In this document: positions 32,047 to 36,120 of the stretch, piece after piece
How positions within the stretch are numbered: position 1 is the first letter of the stretch
Layout of the letters: every line of letters starts with the position of its first letter
Source: a virus
DNA: 36,120 nt
IMG/VR virus record: IMGVR_UViG_3300045988_120383
Direction: 5' to 3' (one strand)
Made by a program: the position numbers and the translations under genes
The notes under the pieces: model-generated
The model's input: the letters and a program-made list of their open reading frames with translations, nothing else
The model's database searches: none
What the model was told of the DNA's origin: nothing

Positions 32047-32126
32047 AGATATAACCACTACGGTGATTATATAAAGTGGTGTTAAAGGAACAGGGGACAA
32101 AAGAAAGAGAGGGAAGTAAAAACGCT

Positions 32127-32873
32127 ATGAAACAAAAAGAAAAATATTTTTTCGATAAAAATGAGGTCATCGGAAATAAAAAAAGAGCTATAAAAACCCT
32201 TAATGAGCTGCTTGAAGCACACATTAAAAAAGCACCTGAAGACAGCACAACAGAAAACGATTCCCATCTCAAAAAAGTAAATCTGCTTTCGTATTGGATC
32301 AATACATATTGTAGATTTATTAAAAAAGAAAAAACATTTGATGCTTCAAAAAATAAAGTATACAAAAGAGGTGAAATTATTCAAGTTGACCTAGGCTTTC
32401 GTATTGGTCATGAAGAAGGCGGATTGCATTATGCGGTTGTTTTAAATAAAAAAGACTCCCCTTATTCCGATATATTAACCGTACTTCCTCTTTCATCTAA
32501 AAAAGAATATACCACACCTAATAAATTCACTATTGATTTGGGAAACGAAATATATGATAAGCTCCATCAAAAGTATATGCAAAAATTCAATAATTCAATT
32601 CAAGATGTGAAAGTATCGCCAAATCCGGTGTATGCCGGAGAGAAAATAACGATAGCTTTTACAGTAGATACAACGGAAGCCGATAAGGTGCAAAAAGAAA
32701 TTGATTTAATGAAAACTGGAAGCATTGGCTTAGTTTCTCAAATCACAACAATTAGCAAAATACGAATAACAAAACCTTTGCATTATTCCGATGCTTTTGC
32801 AGGTATAAAATTAAGCGATGAAAGTTTAAATATAATAGATAAAAAAATCTGCGAATTATATATTGGTAAATAA
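32127..32873 (+). CDS. Long MazF/PemK-fold protein with an N-terminal extension and an internal insertion
   Basis: KRGEIIQVDLGFRIGHEEGGLHYAVVLN, ILTVLPLSSKK and GSIGLVSQITTISKIRI match the three MazF core strands. ATG at 32127; the ORF-track GTG at 32076 is an alternative. Confidence 0.6.
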   Translation: MKQKEKYFFDKNEVIGNKKRAIKTLNELLEAHIKKAPEDSTTENDSHLKKVNLLSYWINTYCRFIKKEKTFDASKNKVYKRGEIIQVDLGFRIGHEEGGLHYAVVLNKKDSPYSDILTVLPLSSKKEYTTPNKFTIDLGNEIYDKLHQKYMQKFNNSIQDVKVSPNPVYAGEKITIAFTVDTTEADKVQKEIDLMKTGSIGLVSQITTISKIRITKPLHYSDAFAGIKLSDESLNIIDKKICELYIGK

Positions 32874-32888
32874 TTATAGTATAAAGTA

Positions 32889-32917
32889 TTGACTTTTGGG
32901 GCATACCAACATATAAT
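32889..32917 (+). promoter_or_regulatory. Consensus sigma-A promoter for the toxin mRNA / leader RNA
   Basis: TTGACT, 17-nt spacer, TATAAT. Confidence 0.7.
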
Positions 32918-32980
32918 GTTATAGAACAAAACACCTTAGCGTGTATAACATTAGGACAATGCAGTTTACCTGCACAACTT

Positions 32981-33007
32981 AGACCCCGTAGTAATACGGG
33001 GTCTTTT
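32981..33007 (+). terminator. Hairpin plus U4 in the leader (terminator of an ~85-nt RNA, or a 5'UTR structure)
   Basis: agaccccgta-gtaa-tacggggtct followed by TTTTA. Confidence 0.5.
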
Positions 33008-33137
33008 ACGTTATACGAAATATACCCGACACTCCCAAAGTCGCCGGAGCATATACGAAGGAAAATGTATTTACCAGGGTAGCCGGAGGACGAGCTTCCA
33101 CCCATTCCGAGAATCCTGTGGAGGGGGGGTGGTAATT

Positions 33138-33221
33138 ATGAGTACATATGAAGAACTCAGTTTGATCATAAGCATTGCGCTTTTGGTTGTAGCCATTCTG
33201 AATTATACGCATAAAAAATAG
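33138..33221 (+). CDS. Type I toxin peptide, BsrG/BsrE/TxpA (Hol-Tox)-like, 27 aa
   Basis: MSTYEELSLIISIALLVVAILNYTHKK has the MSTYE.L..MI hydrophobic-helix-KK pattern of B. subtilis prophage type I toxins. The SD GGAGGGGGGGTGG can pair with ccaccc at 33098..33103. Confidence 0.65.
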   Translation: MSTYEELSLIISIALLVVAILNYTHKK

Positions 33222-33315
33222 CCGTCCTGCCCTGACAAAGCTGACGACTATTTCTTATAGTTTTTTAAGTTGCACCGGAGCGGGTGAGGTGCAGTCACCT
33301 TCCGGCTATCCTGTT
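33211..33315 (-). ncRNA. Candidate antitoxin sRNA overlapping the 3' end of the toxin mRNA
   Basis: The TSS is inferred about 7 nt below the -10. The RNA is GC-rich and structured (ccggaaggtgactgcacctcacccgctccgg). A T6 run coincides with the toxin stop region. The 3' end is uncertain. Confidence 0.35.
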
Positions 33316-33321
33316 AAGTAC

Positions 33322-33349
33322 ATTATAGCAAATGTACCATAAATGTCAA
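33322..33349 (-). promoter_or_regulatory. Consensus promoter for a convergent antisense RNA
   Basis: The - strand has TTGACA (33349..33344), a 16-nt spacer and TGcTATAAT (hexamer 33327..33322). Confidence 0.65.
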
Positions 33350-33390
33350 CTATCTAGATTTTCCAAATAGTTAGAAAGAGGGTGTGATAA

Positions 33391-34284
33391 ATGGATGATT
33401 TTGAAAACAAATTAACTGAATTACATGATCGTGTTCTTAGTAAGGCTCTTACCGAGGATGAACAGAACAGCTATACCGAATCTTTATTTGAATCCATTAA
33501 ACATATCAATGAATATGGAGAGGAGTTTTGGTACGCAAGAGAACTTCAGCGTGCTCTAGAATATACTGAGTGGCGCAACTTTTCTAGAGTTATTGATAGA
33601 GCTGTAACCGCTTGTGAAAATAGCGGAAATGATGTCTTTCATCATTTTGTTGAAGTCAACAAAACGATAGATATGCCTAAATCTGCAACAAAAGAAATTA
33701 CAGATTACGCACTCTCCCGCTATGCATGTTATTTAATTGTACAGAATGGCGATTCCCGGAAAAAGGTGATTGCTCTCGGTCAGACATACTTCGCCGTAAA
33801 GACAAGACAACAAGAATTAATAGATAATTTTAACGAATTAAATGAAGACCAAAAGAGATTAGCTATCAGACGTGAAATGGCAGAGCATAATAAATTATTA
33901 GTAGAAGCCGCAAAAAATGCAGGAGTTGAAACAAACCTTGATTACGCTATCTTTCAAAATTATGGGTATCGTGGTTTATACGGTGGTATGGATGCAAAGG
34001 CTATCCATCACCATAAGGGATTGAAACCATCTCAAAAAATCCTTGACCATATGGGATATGAAGAACTTGCCGCTAATTTATTTCGCGCCACACAAACAGA
34101 GGCTAAAATTAAACGTGATAATATACAAGGGAAAGAAAATGCCAACCAGACGCACTATAACGTCGGTAAAGAAGTTCGTGATACTATTTCACGATTAGGG
34201 GGAACGATGCCAGAGGATCTCCCCACCCCAACTAAAAGCATTAAGCAGATCGAACGCGAGCAAAAGAAACTGGAAGATAGATAG
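33391..34284 (+). CDS. dinD: DNA-damage-inducible protein D (DinD family)
   Basis: WYARELQRALEYTEWRNFSRVIDRAVTACENSG, LSRYACYLIVQNGD, QTYFAVKTRQQEL, GYRGLYGG, ELAANLFRATQTEAKI and LGGTMPEDLP are DinD hallmark blocks. Confidence 0.8.
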   Translation: MDDFENKLTELHDRVLSKALTEDEQNSYTESLFESIKHINEYGEEFWYARELQRALEYTEWRNFSRVIDRAVTACENSGNDVFHHFVEVNKTIDMPKSATKEITDYALSRYACYLIVQNGDSRKKVIALGQTYFAVKTRQQELIDNFNELNEDQKRLAIRREMAEHNKLLVEAAKNAGVETNLDYAIFQNYGYRGLYGGMDAKAIHHHKGLKPSQKILDHMGYEELAANLFRATQTEAKIKRDNIQGKENANQTHYNVGKEVRDTISRLGGTMPEDLPTPTKSIKQIEREQKKLEDR

Positions 34285-34497
34285 AAAAACCGCCCCTGCG
34301 TCAACAGGAGCGGTCAACACGCCCTCTCCGCACAGCAGAGATAGGACGGCTTAACTATAACATCTCCGGAGATGCTACAGCATTCCAACCAAAAAATATT
34401 GTATCATCTTCGGTCAGCTATCGCAATCAGAACATCTGTTTTTGATAGCTGTTATTTTTATACCTTTTTACATATAATTACATAGGAGTGTGATGCA

Positions 34498-36030
34498 ATG
34501 TCTTATTTTATTTATGCTCGTAAATCAAGGAAGGATGCTGATCTCGAAGCGTTGGGAATCGATGTGCTCGAGCGCCATATCACCACTTTGCTGGAGCTTG
34601 CCAAAACGCTGTTGCTTCCGATCGGGGCAATTTATCGCGAAGTCGTCTCCGGCGACAGTATTGATTCCCGCCCGGTGATGTCTCAAGTGATGGCCGAAGT
34701 AGAGTCTTGTATGTGGGACGGATGTCTTGTTATGGACGTTGACCGCCTCGCCCGCGGAGATACGATCGATCAAGGGCGGGTACAGCGTGCATTTTTCTAC
34801 TCAAACACAAAGATCGTTACTCCTAACAAGACGTATGATCCGGCAAACGAGTACGATAACGAATACTTTGAATTTAGTCTGTTTATGAGTCGCAGAGAAT
34901 ACGCAACAATTAAGCGCAGGATGCAGCGTGGCAGAGAACGAAGCAGCTCTGACGGATATTATGTCGGAAATATACCGCCCTACGGATGGCGTCGCGTTAT
35001 CGCTCCTGATGGTAAGCACTTCTCTCTTGCTCCCGATCCAACCGAATCCCCCGTGCTCGATCTGATGTATGATCTATGCGGCAATAAACAATACGGTTAT
35101 CAAAAAGCATGTACTCATATGGCCGAAATGGGAATTTTATCAAGAAGCGGACGCCCGTTTACGCCGTCCACGCTAAAAGGAATTATATCTAATCCGGCAA
35201 ATATCGGAAAAGTTCGCTGGGGACATCGGAAAACGGTTCGTACGGTCAAAGATGGGAAAATTTCTCGTTCTCGCCCGCACTCGTCAGATTATATTCTTGC
35301 CGATGCAGTTTGGCCGCCCCGGATCAGCGCGGACCTTTTCCAGCGTGCCAACCAGCCAAAAGGGAGCTGCTCCGCTCCGGTGCGTGATGACAGACCGATT
35401 CAGAATATTTTTGCCGGTCTTGTCCGGTGTTCCCAGTGTGGCCGGCTGATGGTTCGTAAAAAAGCGCATACTAAAACGCCTTATGACATTCTGATTTGTC
35501 AATATACTGAATGCCCTACAGTCGGTATCCGAATTGATGAGTTAGAGCTCGCCTTGTTGGAATGGCTGCGGAATTACATAGATAAATACGAGCTCACTGA
35601 CGCGTTGCCCGAAGACGTGGAGAACGTCGCTGCAAAAGAAGCGATTGTTAAGAATTTTGAAAAAGAACATGAAACACTTTTAAAGCAACGTGAATCCCTT
35701 TTTGATTTTCTCGAGCAGGGTATCTATACGAAGGAAATTTTTATCGAGCGGTCAAACGCTCTTGAGCGACGCGTAAAAGAATGTATGGAGCACATTATCT
35801 CCGCGCAGAACGACCTTCACGCCACACTCGCACTACAGGCAAACCGTAAAAATTTCGTTCCGCGCTGTAAGAATTTGCTCGGCGAATGGGGTAGACTTAC
35901 AATTCCCGAAAAGAACAGCGCTTTAAAGGTTTTAATTGAAAAAATCATGTTCACAAAGACAAAACGAAACAAAAAGGGGCAGGATCGTTCTGATTTTGAA
36001 ATTGATGTGTTTCCAAAAGTGCCGAAATAG
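34498..36030 (+). CDS. Large serine recombinase (phage integrase)
   Basis: 510 aa. The resolvase domain has YARKSRKD (catalytic Ser) and VMDVDRLARGD. A recombinase domain, a zinc ribbon (CSQCGRLM...C.YTEC) and a C-terminal coiled coil follow. RBS AGGAG. Confidence 0.9.
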   Translation: MSYFIYARKSRKDADLEALGIDVLERHITTLLELAKTLLLPIGAIYREVVSGDSIDSRPVMSQVMAEVESCMWDGCLVMDVDRLARGDTIDQGRVQRAFFYSNTKIVTPNKTYDPANEYDNEYFEFSLFMSRREYATIKRRMQRGRERSSSDGYYVGNIPPYGWRRVIAPDGKHFSLAPDPTESPVLDLMYDLCGNKQYGYQKACTHMAEMGILSRSGRPFTPSTLKGIISNPANIGKVRWGHRKTVRTVKDGKISRSRPHSSDYILADAVWPPRISADLFQRANQPKGSCSAPVRDDRPIQNIFAGLVRCSQCGRLMVRKKAHTKTPYDILICQYTECPTVGIRIDELELALLEWLRNYIDKYELTDALPEDVENVAAKEAIVKNFEKEHETLLKQRESLFDFLEQGIYTKEIFIERSNALERRVKECMEHIISAQNDLHATLALQANRKNFVPRCKNLLGEWGRLTIPEKNSALKVLIEKIMFTKTKRNKKGQDRSDFEIDVFPKVPK

Positions 36031-36049
36031 CGGCGTTTTTCATTCGTTG

Positions 36050-36087
36050 CATCTTCTACGAGCGAAAGAACTCGCTCGTAGAAGATG
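36050..36087. other. Perfect 16-bp inverted repeat between the int and endolysin ends (candidate attP arm/terminator)
   Basis: catcttctacgagcga-aagaac-tcgctcgtagaagatg. There is no U tract on either strand. The right arm lies inside the 55-bp closure repeat, at 7..22. Confidence 0.4.
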
Positions 36088-36120
36088 AAGCTAATTAAAT
36101 AATGATAAGATGATGCAATA
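36066..36120. repeat. Terminal direct repeat, copy 2 (identical to 1..55)
   Basis: Exact 55-nt identity with the window start. Confidence 0.9.

Noticed and set aside
32036-32365. Minus-strand ORFs (32036..32365, 32082..32267) opposite the MazF-like gene.
   Set aside because: The products are Phe/Leu/Ser-rich antisense shadows of an AT-rich Lys-rich gene. They have no RBS and run against the local transcription direction.
32951-32959. The 9-mer ttaggacaa in the toxin leader RNA is identical to the rep-leader target of the predicted ctRNA, which raised the possibility of a sponge.
   Set aside because: A single 9-nt match in about 72 kb of two-strand sequence is not far from chance expectation. 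It is noted only as a curiosity unless the RNAs are shown to interact.
32752-33212. Minus-strand ORFs 32752..33105 and 33006..33212 in the cargo intergenic region.
   Set aside because: They have no RBS and they cross a consensus promoter, a terminator hairpin and the toxin ORF. The region is better explained as an RNA-regulated type I toxin locus.

Overview
The window appears to be a complete, circularly closed temperate siphovirus or excised prophage. Its first 55 nt are identical to its last 55 nt, which gives a unique length of 36,065 bp. The gene content points to a Firmicutes/Clostridia-type host: ChW-like endolysin repeats, a TcdE/phi-LC3-type holin, a large serine integrase and a BsrG/TxpA-like type I toxin.

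Almost everything from 90 to about 31,170 is on the minus strand, in this order:
- Lysis cassette.
- Tail module: tape measure, a G/GT chaperone pair with a -1 frameshift, and two tandem major-tail paralogues.
- HK97-type head module: capsid, ClpP-like protease and portal.
- Packaging genes: TerL, P27-like TerS and an HNH endonuclease (cos-type packaging).
- An ArpU/RinA-like late regulator.
- An early/replication region: YopX, a GIY-YIG-like protein, a ParB-like protein, an RNase H-like protein and an HUH rolling-circle Rep.
- A Cro-like gene.

The plus strand carries the CI/LexA-like repressor, a cargo island and the serine integrase.

The most interesting points are:
1. The cI-int cargo island. 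It holds a long, partner-less MazF-fold protein directly behind cI, a BsrG/TxpA-like type I toxin locus with convergent consensus promoters, and DinD.
2. A plasmid-style countertranscript RNA module antisense to the leader of the HUH Rep gene. It carries an anti-SD 9-mer.
3. A 13 x 18-bp hexapeptide-repeat (left-handed beta-helix) gene bracketed by ~295-bp direct repeats.
4. An IS5-family (IS427/IS1031-like) insertion that cuts the start codon off an early gene.
5. A promoter/terminator-bounded membrane-protein moron between the tail chaperone and the tape measure gene.
6. A DUF2829 (Tad2-like) candidate anti-defence gene.
7. Several frame breaks that all fall on homopolymer runs, including the TerS start.

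All functional calls rest on motif recognition by eye. No database search was run.
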